A stretch of 64,000 nucleotides of DNA from Gnetum montanum (taxonomy: Eukaryota > Plantae > Gnetophyta), in contig MNCI01001758.1 of assembly GCA_015680685.1 (NCBI GenBank), positions 1 through 64,000 on the forward strand, in the 5' to 3' direction. Below, piece after piece: positions 26,109 to 40,200 of the stretch. Numbering within the stretch: the first letter of the stretch is position 1; the number at the start of each line of letters is the position of its first letter. The translations under genes and the position numbers were made by a program. The notes beneath the pieces were generated by a model. It was not told where the DNA came from, did no database searches, and worked only from the letters and a program-made list of their open reading frames with translations.

Positions 26109-29100
26109 AAATTTACCTTTATCCTCCATCAAGATGAACAACTGCATTGGCAAGAATTAGAGGGTAACATAGTGTTACCTCCTGATCATTCAGTTCCAAG
26201 CATGCTTCTTTGTGCTCTCACACAAATTGGCATGCTACACTTACACGTAGAATACGTTGTGCAAGACCATGAATTGAGAGAATATTGTCCCATAGAGGCA
26301 TAACATCAAAGGGACTTGCAACAGAAGAGACATGATAAGTCTTTGAAGGGTAAGTGGTCCTAGGATGCCTCACATGTCTTAAGTGAAAATGAGGGTGGTG
26401 AACCTACCTCAGGCAGTTGGCCACACAACGATGTTCCTTCCCTTGCCTTTGGCCAAGGGTTCATGTATTATAACCTTCATTCCACTATTCATAACCTAGG
26501 TTCTAATACCCATGGGCACAAAGGATTTGAAAAAGGGACCTGAACTCATGATAAATGTGGACATTCTTATCGCAATCGCGATTGGGGCTGAGACTGCAAA
26601 AGAGAAGGTAGCAAACACCATCATGGTGATGGTTCTCCTTATTCTTCACCTTCATCATCTCCTTCACCCTCTCCTTCAATATCTAAATGTGGTCATAAAG
26701 AAAAATACCATGGGGATAAAGGTAGGCAAAGTGGATGTCATAGACGAAATAGCCAAGAAAGGGGACAAGGGCACTCTAGAGAGTCACGACATAGAAGAAG
26801 GGAGATTAGGGAACAACGTAGGCATCATAGATGCCATGGATGAGATGATAATGATGAACCCCTCCTTGCTACTCAAAGTATATTGAACTTAACTAAGGCT
26901 ATTAAAATTCCAACAAGGCATCAAAAAGATAGTAGGATCAAGAGATTAGATATGAACAACATCCCTCGATTTGAAGGGGGATACAATGATGATCCTTAGA
27001 ATCATTTACAAGAATTCCATGATGCATGTGCCTTACAAAACATAGAGAAAAAATGGAAAAAACTTAAGTTGTTCCCATAGACATTAGTTAAAGAAGTAGA
27101 AAGCTGGTATTGGTCTTTAGAACCGGAATTCATTCGTAGGTGAAGTACTATGTTAGAACTATTTAATGACAAGTACCAAATGTACTCCCAAAGGTCTAAT
27201 TGGCAAAAGAAAATCTAAGGCTAGAAATAAGGAGGATATGAACCCTTGGATGCTGCCAGTGGCTGATACTATGCACTGTTACATCATTTTCCTAGCCATG
27301 ATTATTCACAAAGGGATCAACTACGCCATCTCGTGGATGGGCTTAGGCATGAAACGAGAAGAACCCCTGGGAATTATGCCCAAGGAAGACTATCCGAGCT
27401 TAGGTCCCATCAAATTCAAAGACTAATGGAGCAAGTTGCTAAGGAAGAAGGTGAGCTATGGAAGACAGAAAGTGTAGAAGAGTATAATCAAGATCCTTCC
27501 CTTTGGAAGAGGGATGTAATATTTTGTGAGGATGAAGAAGAGTCACCACTTGAAGAGATGGTGAATAGGAAAAATTTTCCTATCCAAAAGATGACATCAG
27601 AAGTTTCAGTAAAGGTAGACCAAATGTGGGATTCCCTGATAATAGATTTCAATCTATTCTTAAAATAGTAGAGGAGTCTAGAAAGCAAGGTAGTGATCAA
27701 GAAAAAAGAAAAAAGAGATAAGTTGAACATGAACATAGCAAGGGCAAGGGCAAAGTTTCCATCATTGAAGAGGTTGTGGAGTCAGAAATAGATAATGATA
27801 GTGGATGTGAAATATGTCAGTATGACCATCCTAAGGGATGTGGCCCTGTAATCTCACATCTGTAAGAGTTTGGGGTGTATGCACTCAACCCATGATTGAG
27901 AAAAAGGAAAATACCCCAAAGATTACCTTATCCTAAATGTAACCTAAGGCAGTTCCACCAACCCTTAACATATTATCCCAGTGGAACTCCACCACAATTG
28001 ATTAAGCAATATCAACAATGGAAACACCCACAATCATGGAGAATGCCACCACCAAGGCAATAGTATCCTTACTGAAAACCTAACCTGTATGGATATTACG
28101 TGCAATAGCTAGTCTACCCACATGACTCTACTGGTCACATCACTTCTCAACCTTATTACCAAGCCTGTGAGTATTATGGGACTCCCTCTTCTAGAGGTGA
28201 TATTCCATAAGCATATCATCCTTCTCATTCGGCCACATCTCTTCCACCAATAGCTCCACTACCACCTACTCCAACTATGCAAGGTGAAATCCCTAATCAG
28301 TTGTAGCAACGTAATGCCACAAGGGCTATTAAGTCTCAACCTATTGTTGGTTCCAACAACCACATGAAAAAAAAGACCTTTCTTTAGAACCAATAGACCA
28401 ACCAAACCCTTGTAATCACAAGTGGCTAATTCCTTAGAAGCCTCAGTATCAATCAAAACTTTCGAGCCTCCTTCAACTCAACCACCACACTCAACACATA
28501 TGGTCATGCTAACACATGTTGTCATTGATTGGATCAAATCTGGCCACCTTCCTAAAAAATTATTTGATCCTAGGAGTCCTCTAATATACTTACAAATCAT
28601 TGGAAATGCACCATGCAAGGCTCTTTTGGATTCAACTTTCAATTTCTCAAGAAATGTACAAGGCCTAGAACCTACCTCCATTGAAAAAGAGCAACATCCA
28701 TCTAGAGTTGGCCGACTAGTCCATCACTGTCCCATTGGGATTGGTGAAGACATTGTTACCACTATTTGTGGATGGTCATACCCAACTAACTTCCTAGTGA
28801 TTTAGATAAACAAAAGTAAGGGGGACATCCCAATCATAATGGGAAGAGCATGGCTAAGCACCATTGACACATGCCTAGGAATCCATGATCTTTTCCTATA
28901 AATATCAAAGGAAAATACATTCAGAAAGATTGAGAAGAAGAAAGTTCCATGCATCACATATAGTGACACAGGGTGTAACTATGTGTAGAGGTCATGGTTT
29001 GTGTAATGTTTAACATTTCCTGCATGCAATTAGTATGCATAAGTGATTAACATACAAAGATGCTTGTATGTATGAGCCACACAACAAGAAGGCACCTAGT

Positions 29101-30600
29101 GGCTAATAGCTGATCAAGAAAGCAATTCACTCATATGCATGGAACCAACTAAGGGTTTGACTTGTGCTTACATTGATAGCATAGACGCATTAGACAAAGT
29201 ACACCACCAACTTCCAAGTCTTAACCTTGAAAATATATCCTGGAGGAAGTTGGAAATCCTTGAGAAATTTAAGCAAGAGCTCCTTGAGCTGAAACCATTG
29301 CCCACTGGTATGGAATACATGTTCCTTAAAAATGGGAAGCTGGTAATTATTAATGCTAAGCTTGCTTCACAACAGAAAGAAGAACTACTGAAGGTAATTA
29401 ATAGATGGTCAAAAGCCTTCGCTTCATCATATCCCAAATTAACTAGAATAGATCCTAGGATATGCCAACATAGGATTTACACCGACCCCTCCATGAAGCC
29501 TCGAAGACAACCACAGAGGCATTTGAACCCAAAGCTAAAGCAAGTAGTCAAGGAAGAAATCAAATAGCTTCTCAAGGCTAGGTTCATATACCCCATTGCT
29601 GATAGTGAATGGTTTAGCCCCTTAGTTATCGTGCCTAAAAAGGGAGGCAAATGGATGATGTGCATAGATTTCAGGCTACTAAATATGGCAACATTCAAAG
29701 ATCACTTTCCGTTACCATTTGTTGACCAAGTCTTAGACACCATCGTAGGGAATCACTACTACAATTTTTTGGATGGATATAGCAGATATAGTCAAATACA
29801 AATAGCCCTAGAATATTAAGCCAAGACTACATTCACCAGTCCTTGGGGAATGTTTGCATACAAATAGATACTTTTTGGCTTGTGCAATGCCCCTGCAACA
29901 TTTCAATGACTAGTTCTAAGTATCTTCCAACAGTAGATAGGAAATGGTATAGAAGTCTTTATGGATGATTTCTCCACCTATGGAGGAACTTTGATCAAGC
30001 CTTGGACTGATTGGAGCAAGTGTTAAAAAGATGTGTAGAAATCAACTTGAGGCTCAATTGGTAGAAAATCCATTTGATGGTCCAAGAGGGCATAGTACTA
30101 GGGCACAAAATCTCACATACAAGGATAGAGGTAGACCCCGAGAAAATTAAAGTTATCCAAGGAATTACTTGTCAATCGAAAACTATCAAAGATATTTAGT
30201 CATTCCTTGGACATACTGGCTACCTCCATACACTATCCATGGCATGTGACCTCAACCTTGACCTTGATCTAACATAGAAACAATGGTTAGTAACCCTTAA
30301 CTTCCTAGATGAAAATCGACTAGCTACCTTGTCATCTAACAAATTGCACAAGGCCTTCAATAAACAATGTCATGACGTAAGGATTAGGAAAGTTAAATAT
30401 CAACCAGGAGATAAGGTTCTCTACTAAAATCCCACACATGTGCCACAACATACTAAATTTCAAACACTGTGGGAAGGACCTTATATTATTTATGCAACTT
30501 TTCATTCAGGGGCCATGACAATATACAAACCTAAGAGCCCAAACAAGAAATTGTTGGTCAACATACAACAAATCAAACCTTTCCATGAGCTTAGGACAGC
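26109..30600 (+). pseudogene. Decayed gag-pol of element D
   Basis: Gag KKLKLFP*TL...WYWSL (~27060-27120); CEICQYDHPKGC knuckle (~27805); protease ALLDS and PIIMGRAWL; RT PKKGGKWMMCIDFRLLN...DHFPLPFVDQ and FMDDF (~29960); jumps from SFLGHTGY (~30225) to the INT tail WEGPY (~30470). Confidence 0.93.
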
Positions 30601-32628
30601 TAGTACACANCCCATGAGCTTAGGACAGCTAGTACACATGATACCTCTCTTGATGGACAATCTTGCTCACTATTTCAGATCTTCTCCTTCCAACTCAGTC
30701 ATGGGGGAGATGGCCACCTATACTAACCATTTTAGGCCCTTAGTGCTTTTTGAATTTTTGTTTTACACATTTTTTGTTTTACACATTCTTTCAACTTTTC
30801 TTATTTTTTTTTTACACCATCATTCATGTTTTTACTATTTCTTTGTTTGCTTGATTTACTTTTATTCATCATCCAATAAGTGCTCATGATGGTGGATTGA
30901 ATTATATCATATTGATTACTAATGTTTGGTTTTTACCTTTGAATTATGATGCTGATATTAAGGTATGGTTCTTTTGGTAAAATAGGCAATGAGTCCACGT
31001 CATCCACTCATCCATACGACTCTATGGTATCCTTTGATTTGGAACTGTATAGTCCCCTTTTTCTAAGTAAACTTGTTAATGAATTGGTGGCTGGGTATTT
31101 TTCAAACCAAGGAAAGACTCAAAGGATGAAAAGGGTGTGAATTCAAGGGGATTTGATGCATTTTTTCTAGTCATTCTCTTGGGTGCTTGCATGCTTTTTT
31201 CTTAGGTTTTCTGCCATTCTAGCAATGTTCAAAAATTAGAAAGCTAAGTAAATAAAAATAAGTCTTTGCATGGTGTGGTTCTCACGCAAAAAAAAAACAA
31301 CATGGGAATTTAAGGCACACCCCTTAGACCAAATAAAATGGCTACAAACATTGGTTATTGAACTAGAAAGATATGTTACCCTTGCTTGAAGGTTTCCTCT
31401 AACTAAGGTCCTTTCTTGCTTCCTGCTTCTCCATCTCGCTCTCCTCGGAATGGTGGTGACTCTTTGTGGAAGCATTCTTGTTGCTTCAAGAGGATGGATT
31501 GGCCAAGTGTATTGATGTGAGGTCACTGAATGTGGTTGGTTTGAGTCTGGATTTGGGATGAGTTCTACTCAGTTATCTTAACCATAAAATATACAAAGAG
31601 CTTTACACAACCTTGTTCTTGGGATTCCATTCCATTCTCTCCTCTCCATCTTTCTTTTCATTTTCCACCTCATTTCCAATTTTATCATTAATTTTTTCTA
31701 GGTTGATGCATTATTTTTCTTTGGTGAATTCTTGTGGGTAAGTTTTTAACTCTTTCTTCCAAATGACATTCCTAGATCTTACGGACTCTTTGGCTTGTGG
31801 GTTTGTCAGGGCATAAAGGGCATGAGCTTGCTTTGGGGAGGACCCATTGGCATTCCTTTTTGGTATAATTATTAAGTTATTTTTCTTAAACATTTTCTAC
31901 AATCAATAATTTCTTATTTCATCCCCATCCATGACATCCATTTTATTGACATTGCCATTGTTATTTTTTCTCATCTTTCTTGTTCCTCATATTTTTCCAT
32001 CTTATAGCTACTAGAGGTTCACTCTTAGTCATGGGGGCCTTGGCACAAATTTTTCAATTTTCTCCATTTTACTATTCACCTAACCCCTACACCTTGGGTA
32101 GTCACATGTGATAAATCTCTAAACTAGTTTCTGCCATAACCACAACTCAACCAATGCACTTCATATCGAGGCAAGGTATCAACTACATTATGGTTTATCT
32201 ATCCTTGCTCATTTGTGACTGTGTTATGTGTGTAGATGACGATCATACAAATAATGGAATGGGCTTGGAGGAAGCACTCAGGATGGACTAAACCTAGACC
32301 ATTTACAAAAGAAGCAAGTTTAGTGGCATGGCTATGGATAAACAATGGAAGGCACAATTTCGACATTGGTGGCAACATGCTCCATCTTCTTTCTCTTTAT
32401 CTTTCTCCCTTCAAGCTTCCAAATAAAGGCTTGGATGTCATTTATGTACAAATGTTTACCACAATGGTCATAAACACTAATGTTTTAATATGCTTATTGA
32501 TCTTTTCATTGGGTACATTGAGTCTTTCATCCCATTCCACCGTCAATTATCAATTAGTCAATAATCCTATACCTCCCAAATATTTTGTAAGGAACATGAG
32601 GATGAGTTTTCATTCAGTTGTGGGGGTA

Positions 32629-33226
32629 TGACGAGAGCAGTTACTCTAGTGGGTTATTCTAATTATTTGAGTAGTAGTTTCTCTAAAATTAGAGTGGCAG
32701 TTTTTCTAATTATTAGAGTAGTTGTTCCTAAGCCTATAAATATAGTGCCCAGGCACATAATTAGGGGGAGTCTTTCTTACTTATTTCCTTTATTTTATTT
32801 TCTTCTAAATTTATTTTATTTTATGCACTTTACATCTCTGTTATTAGCACACATAATACGATCACTTCGAGCATGCATGTAACACTTGGTAACCTAGTAA
32901 TGATTAGCGTTTGGTAATCCTAGTAGTGTTGCACTAGTTTGGGATGTGTACATAAAGTGAGAATAGATACTGGTGTTAGGATTAGTTTAAAGCCTAGTTA
33001 ATCAATGGTTAAGTTAAATTAGTCACTTAGTTATCTCTCTCTCTCCTCCCTTATTAGCAGCAGGACATAAAAACATAAAAGCTATAAAAATCATATGCCT
33101 CAAACTTACTTAACCATACAATCATGACATACAAGTAAGTTTGGGAAGACAACGATCAACCAACCCATCCTTGTTCCACAAAGGCGCATAGGCACTTAGT
33201 CCTTGGAATTCGACTAGATCGTGCGT
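32629..33226 (+). repeat. 3' LTR of element D, missing its last ~50 bp
   Basis: Starts TGACGAG right after the PPT; TATA ctataaata at ~32734; stops at gatcgtgcgt before the family terminal sequence. Confidence 0.85.
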
Positions 33227-33228
33227 AA

Positions 33229-34090
33229 AAACATGGATGTCCCAAATTAATCAAATTTAATTGAGACCTAATATTTATTTTTATATGTTGGTAGAACATT
33301 TTCAAGGAGCTTAAAAATCAATTAAATTTCAACATGGTGTACCACCTAGAAATGGATGGTAAATTCAAATGAGTTAATTAATTCTTGGAAGACATTTTAA
33401 GGAGTTATATTAAGAGCAATCCCAAGATATGGAAAAATTACTTACACTTGAAAATACTTACCTACAATAATAGTTATCAAGGATCAGTTCATAGGATCCC
33501 ATTTGAAGTTTTTTATAGGTAAAACTATTGAACATCATTATCTTCGGCTGACCCTACCTTAAGAGTAGAATGGAATAAGGAAAAATTTAAAATAATAAAA
33601 ACATAGTTATGAAAGGAAAGAAAAACTTGTAAGTAGACCAACAAAAATACAAGGGACACATAGACCAACATCACCTTAAGAAAGAGTTCCAAATTGATAA
33701 CCAAGTATTGTTAAGAGTTAAGTTAATAAGAGGTTTCCTAAAGATAGGAAAATACACGATATTGGACCATTGATACTATGGAACATTTGAAGTTTCAAAA
33801 TGAATTGACAAACTTGCATACTGACTAAACCTCCTAGTGATCCTAAAAATCCACTCTATCTTCCATGTCATCCTATTAAAGAAATTTCATAAAAATAAGA
33901 AATCCTATGTACTAGACTAGAAAAAATTATTCCTAAGGTAAAAAGTGAGTTAAAAATATTTTTATCAAAGAATATAAAATAAAGAAACTTTGAAATAAAA
34001 CAATTATGAAAGTATGCATTCAATGGTCAATCTATGATCAAGAAACATGGAAAAATAGGAATTTCATTTTGAACTCTTATCCTCTTCTTT
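33229..34090 (+). pseudogene. Integrase C-terminal half plus chromodomain remnant of chromovirus copy 2
   Basis: HGCPK, YHLEMDGK, YNNSYQ, YYGTFEV, IFHVILLK, CIQWS...ETW; homologous to 11737-12590. Confidence 0.85.
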
Positions 34091-34280
34091 TTGAATATAA
34101 TGATAATTAATATAATTAATTATTAAATTAAATGAGTGTTAGAAACTAATATAAATAATTTTATGGAGATGCTATTAATTTTGGAGTTAAGAATGAGGAT
34201 AATATGGAGAATATAATTACTAAATAGCTATATATCCAAGAGAAGAATGAGAATGAACAAGATTCTAAAGGGAGGTAGAT

Positions 34281-34765
34281 TGTAATGTTTCATTCTCAAT
34301 TATGGAGTAGAATTGTATTATATGTAAATAATGTAATTAGGTTTCAAATGAATGGGTGTCTCGTTATGAGGAGTTGTAATCTATTGTGCTACCCTGTGGG
34401 TGTTTGACCTATGATATATAAGACTGAGGACTTAGAGGTGTTACCAACATGGAGTTGGAAAGCCAACAATGGTTAGTGATGAGAGTAAAGTAAAGCATGA
34501 TAAGAAGGGACTAATCACCCTTTTGGTCTTATGGCCTAACCTTGGTAGTAGTTCTAGATTGCATCTAAGGATCCTAAGCATCAGAAAGAGAATCCAAAAG
34601 GTCCTCCTATTAAAATTTTTTCTATCATCATCATCATCATCAATAAAATCATTTTCTTCTTTTCTTTATTAATTTTAAGTGTCAATATTTTATTTCAAAT
34701 ATGTTATTCAAGTTATCAATGATGAAAGATCATTTATCCCTAACATTTAAACATAGTATGTCATA
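34281..34765 (+). repeat. 3' LTR of chromovirus copy 2 (~485 bp)
   Basis: PPT aagggaggtagat then tgtaatg; homologous to 12792-13100 and 19480-19829. Confidence 0.8.
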
Positions 34766-37297
34766 AAAATAGTTTCATTCTAACTCATGGCATTATAGGC
34801 TTAAGTTTTCTTTATGTCATAACTCATAGTCAAAATGTGGTATGAACAACGACCCATGGTTAAGATGTGGCTAATCAAAATTTTTTACGACAACTTATGC
34901 TTGAATCATGAATAATTATCAAAGTAAGGTAAATTTATCATAATATGTGGTGCACTCATGGTATCCTTAATTAAAATTTTCTCTGTATTTTGGCATACCA
35001 CAAGTCATGGGAAGATCATGGTATCTTGATCATGACTTGTACTATGATAACATGATTCATGATATTACTAACCATGACATATGGTAAGAAAAAGCTTAAA
35101 ATTTAATCACTAACTTAAGATTTTTAATCTTGATTCTCATTCATAATCCAACAAAATTGGTATCAAAGCAAGGTTATTTTCTTATCAATCAAAATGAATT
35201 TAAAAGATATGCTTAATTTTTCATCATCATCATCCTAGGCTTATTTCAAGAAAATGAGGTCAGCTACATGAGTTTTTTTCTTACAATTTTCCTCTATGAA
35301 TATCTAGATTTTTTTATCTACAAAAAAGGTATGCCTAAATGCTCAAAAATTTTCATGAATCTCAAGACTTTAACCCTTGGATCATTCTTATGCAATGGAT
35401 CTTGAAAATTAATGATAGCTAGAAAATAATATAAACTAGATTTGAATTTATCCATGACATAAAAAAATTGACTAAAACATAGATAAGAGAATATGAAAAC
35501 AAGAAGAATTAAATTGATTTTTCCTCCACTATTATTCTCAATAGTATGTTAGAAATCATTTTAGCAAAATTAATTATTTATGAATGTGCCAAAGATATGT
35601 GGGATTCTCTTCAACTAGAGTACATGGAAAGTCATGAGATTAGACAAATGTAACAACTATTATACAAACAAGAATTTAATTAATTAGAGATACATCCAAA
35701 TGAAGATATAGAAAAATATTTTTTAAGAATGCTCATCAGTATTAGAAGAATAGATAAATATGACTATGGTAATCCAATAGATAAAAGGTACAAAAAGCGA
35801 TTCAAGCTCTTTCAATAGATCTAAGCTTTGAAAACACTAGAGAAAACATTATAATTTGAAAGAACATGAATATTCTTAACATAAATAAATTACTAGCATA
35901 AATTATAATTTTCTAGATCTTAAAGGTAAGAAAGAAAAATTATACAACAAAACAAGCCTTCTTTAACAATCAAAGAGGCTCAAGAAGTAGATATAGAGGA
36001 AGAAGAAGGTTCAATCAGTTTAGCAAAAGAAATCCTTTATAAAATGAAGAAAACTATACAAATAAAAGTAGTATTGAAATTTTATAAAACATTAATGGAG
36101 GAGGACAAACAATAGAAAGATAAAATGATAGTCAAAGAAATAATAACAACTTAATAGTGCCATGTTGCTGATTTTGTAAGAAGAGAGGACCTACTATTGG
36201 AGCATGTTGAAAAAGAATTAGGTTTGAACCTTTACAACTATAACAAAGAAAGAAAGAGAAGAAATAAAATGGAAAGTACTACTATCAATGAAGATGTACC
36301 ATAGCAAGGTAAAAACATTATTTTAAGATTTATCATAAAAATAAAAAATGACTCATGGGTAGTGAATAGTGGTAGTTCCAACTATATGGCACCCCATAGA
36401 AATTGTCATCTCAATTAGAAACATAGCATGCTTGGAAACATAAAGATAGAATATGAAAATGTTTTGAAAATTGAAGAAATTAGTGAATCTATTATCAGAT
36501 CTTTGAATAGTAAGATTATCATAATCATTCAAGTCTACTACATTCCCAACCTCTACAACCATCTACTCGTAGTTGGATGAATGACAAGAAAAGATATTAA
36601 TATAAATTTCATTAATGATATATGTTTCATAGTGAATCCCAATAAATAAAAATTCATTAAAAATATTATATTTAATAATAAAATCTATTCTTTGAATTAT
36701 GACTATTTTTACCTCCAAGGGAAAAAATTATTAGTCTAAAACTATAGTTGAGATAAATAATCATGAAGAATCTTTAGATACCAAGAAAATCTTAAACTCA
36801 ATACATAGAAATTTCAAAGCTAGTGAAAGAAGTCAAGTTATGGCATAAGAGACAAGAATACATCTCATTCTCCAAGGTTGAAAAGATAGTAAAACTTACT
36901 ATGGTAATTGGTCTATAAATCAAAGTAATACCTAAAGATAAATGTGATGTATGCATCCATGGTTAAAAAAACCAATTCCTCTCACACACCTCCCATGTAA
37001 AAAGAAAAAGCCTTTTGAGCTTCTCCATCTTGTTTTATAGGATTAATGCCTATCATATCAATTGGAGGAACTAGCTATTTTAAGGTAATTATGAATGACT
37101 ACAATAGATATACTTAAACTTATAACCTAAGAACCAAATATGATGCATGTAAATTTCATGAAATCATATAATTTGATGACAAAAACCATGAATTATTCTA
37201 TTGTTACAACAATCAACATCACCATGGAATAGAAAAAATTAGATTTATTGGGTTGATTTCAAAAATTCTTAGAAGCTTAATTAATTAACATGGTATG

Positions 37298-40200
37298 TGA
37301 TGGGTGGCGAGGTATCCCTATGGTCAATCATACAAATATGACTGTGTACACGTAGTCTGATCGAACTCTGCAAATGGACTAGTTGTAGCACCTAGACAGT
37401 TATACATTGATCATAGTTGATTATCTTCCCACTTGGACTAGTAGTAGCTTTGTGACATATGGTTCAGTCAAGAGTGAGGCATAAAATTTTTATTATTTTA
37501 TATTTTATTAATTTGATCACCTAAAACAAAAATAAAAGTAAGAGTAATTAAGTGCTATGTAAACTATTGCCTAATCTAGCCTAACACAAGTAACCATCCC
37601 CACTTTCTGGACACATTGTGAACTTTGAGTAACATTGTTGGGTTGTCAAATGCTAATCATTTCTGAGCAACCAAGTGTCACATGTATGTTCGAAGGGGTT
37701 GTGCTTGTGTATTTTAACTAATTTCTTGATTAATCAAAACTAATTACTGAATGAATAACATTAAATTTGAACTACATGAAAGCATGATATATAAATGCAT
37801 AAAGAAAGAAAGTCTCAAGTGCTGCAAGGATGAATCAAAGAGCTTGTCTTTATTGCCAACACAATGGTGTGTTCAGGTACATCAATGCTTGAATAAAGAT
37901 CTGATCACACTTAAACCTCCTATTGTAGGCACTTGGAAAATATTCTAACTTTCAAATGGACAAATTACAAGAGTGTCACTACTTAACTTCAAAAACTACT
38001 CAATCATGCACCCGGGTGCTATATTTATAGACTCGAGAGAAACTCTACGATATTGAATGTACAATATTGCATCTTGGGCCATGATATCACCTACTTGATA
38101 TCACAGCCACTCTAATATCGAAGCTCATGTAAAATGTGATTCATCATACCCCCATGACTAAATGAAAACTTGTCCTTGAGTATAGAAGAAGAGAAACAAG
38201 TCCCTTACAAAATATATTAGGAGGTATGGACTATTTAACTAACATGTAGTAGGACATAGAGAAAATAGACAAATATAGAAGTGCCCAAGCATACAACATT
38301 ACAATTGTGTACAAAATTGGATGTTCATGACAATAGGAAAGAACACCCTTGGATCCAATGACATCCAACCCCTCTCAGTAATAGAAGAATGAGGGAGAGG
38401 TAGATGAGATCCAGTAGTCATGAACAATCTCCCATGAGTGATATTGTTGCATCCTCCTTGGTGAAGAAAATCCTACTTCCAGTCCATGTTATCCACTAGA
38501 ATCACAACAAAATCAAGTATTAGTATATAAAGTGTAATACATAGCAGTTGAATACCTTGTCTTGTCAGTGATTTTATTTAGCTAAGTTGTAATTCTGGTA
38601 GATTGGTTTCTTAGTAATGTTAATGGGAAGACTAACAAATGGGTTAAGTAAGAGAAGCGCTCCATAAAATTCAGAAAAAGCTTAATACAAGGAATACTAA
38701 AAAGAGGGTATCTAAAGTCAAAATCAATAAAAGAAATAATTCACTAAAAAAATTATGAAGATGTGCACAATTCAATGGCATTGATGGCTTAAATAAAAAG
38801 AATTTGATTGTAACAATGTCTAAGGGTAAAGAACTTAACTTAACCAAACCAAAAGATATGTAAGTGGGTCCTCCCCAAAGTAGGCACAAGCCTTTTATGC
38901 CCTTACATAACTTCAAACCAAGCAGTCCGTGGGCACCATGGATGATTAATGGTTAAAGAAAGTTAAGTAGAAAAACCCAAAAGTAACTGAATAAGAAACC
39001 CAACACATCAAACTAGAATATTGAATCAAAACATGAAATCGACAGTGAGGTGAGGCATGAAAAGCATAAATGGATGAGAGAGAGAATGGAATGAAGTTCC
39101 TAATTATCGTCACATGAAGTCCCTTGTGGTTTTTGTGATTAAATGACTTGCTAGGATCCATCCTTAGTCTAGAACAAAACCAATGACTTCTAGTGATTTC
39201 GCATTGACATTCTAAGACTAATCCATCCCCTGAGATACAAGAATGGTCACACAAAACAACCACCATTTCAAATTGGAGAGAAAGTAGGAAGTAAGAAAGG
39301 GCCTTAGTTAGAGGAGACAAGACAAGTCCCATAACCAATGCTTGTAGCCCTTTTATTTGGTCTAAGGGGTATGATATGAGTTTCCATGTTTTTTTTTGAA
39401 TGGGAACCATACCATGCAAAGACCCATGCATTTTTGCATTTATTTTGTCCAAGGGGTGTGCTTTGAATCCTCATCTCTCTTTTTTTTTCTTTTTTTCTTT
39501 TTTCTTTTTTTGATGAGGACCACACCATGCAAGGACTTATATGACTTCCTGTTGTGAAATGACATAGAATAGTGAGAAGCTTACTAGAACACTCCCACAC
39601 ACATGAAAATAGAAAAGCATGAAGAATACCACATCCCTTTGAATACACACCATTTCTAAACCTTTGATTCCTTCCCAATTCTAGAAACTACACCAGTCAC
39701 AAAATTTATTAAAGTTGCATTAATGAAGAAGGGACTACACATTTCCAAAACAAGGAAAATCATAGAGTATGTGGATGGGTGGATGATGTGGACTCACTAC
39801 CTATTACATGAAAAGAAACGATGTCCCAGTTGTCAGTAACAACATTCAAAGTAAGAAACTAGACATCAATAATCAAATTACAAATGAAACATACCACCAT
39901 CGAGTAGCACATTACCATTGTACCTAACACCTTATTAGCAAAAAGAGTAGAGAAACACATCAAACACAAGAAGATATATGAAAGAAAGTAAAATATTATG
40001 CAATAAATATCAAATATATTAATAATGATGTAAAAAAAATACCTAGAAAAAATCAATAACCTGAAAAACAAAAACATGTAAAAGAAAGAATATGAAAACA
40101 AAAATTTGTAAAACTAAAAATGTGTAAAACAAAAAGTCAAAAGATACTTAAGAATCCTAGAAATTAGAATGGGGGGTAACCCCCACAACTAAACATTTGA

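Larger units (their letters stand above)
26108..33226 (+). mobile_element. Athila-like element D (pol-bearing); 5' LTR lost, RNase H/integrase core deleted, 3' LTR truncated
   Basis: gag, PR, RT and INT C-terminus; internal PPT-like site near 30695; PPT cagttgtgggggta then LTR from 32629, whose 3' part matches the reverse complement of 935-1110. Confidence 0.9.
19350..34765 (+). mobile_element. Tekay/Del-like chromovirus, copy 2, disrupted by nested insertions at 24319-33226 and a large internal deletion
   Basis: LTR-homologous blocks at ~19480-19829 and 34281-34765; gag start 23780-24318; INT-chromodomain end 33229-34090 homologous to 11737-12590. Confidence 0.7.

Noticed and set aside
30583-30640. 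Perfect ~28-bp tandem duplication in the integrase tail
   Set aside because: The copies are identical and separated by a single N (30610), typical of an unmerged contig overlap.
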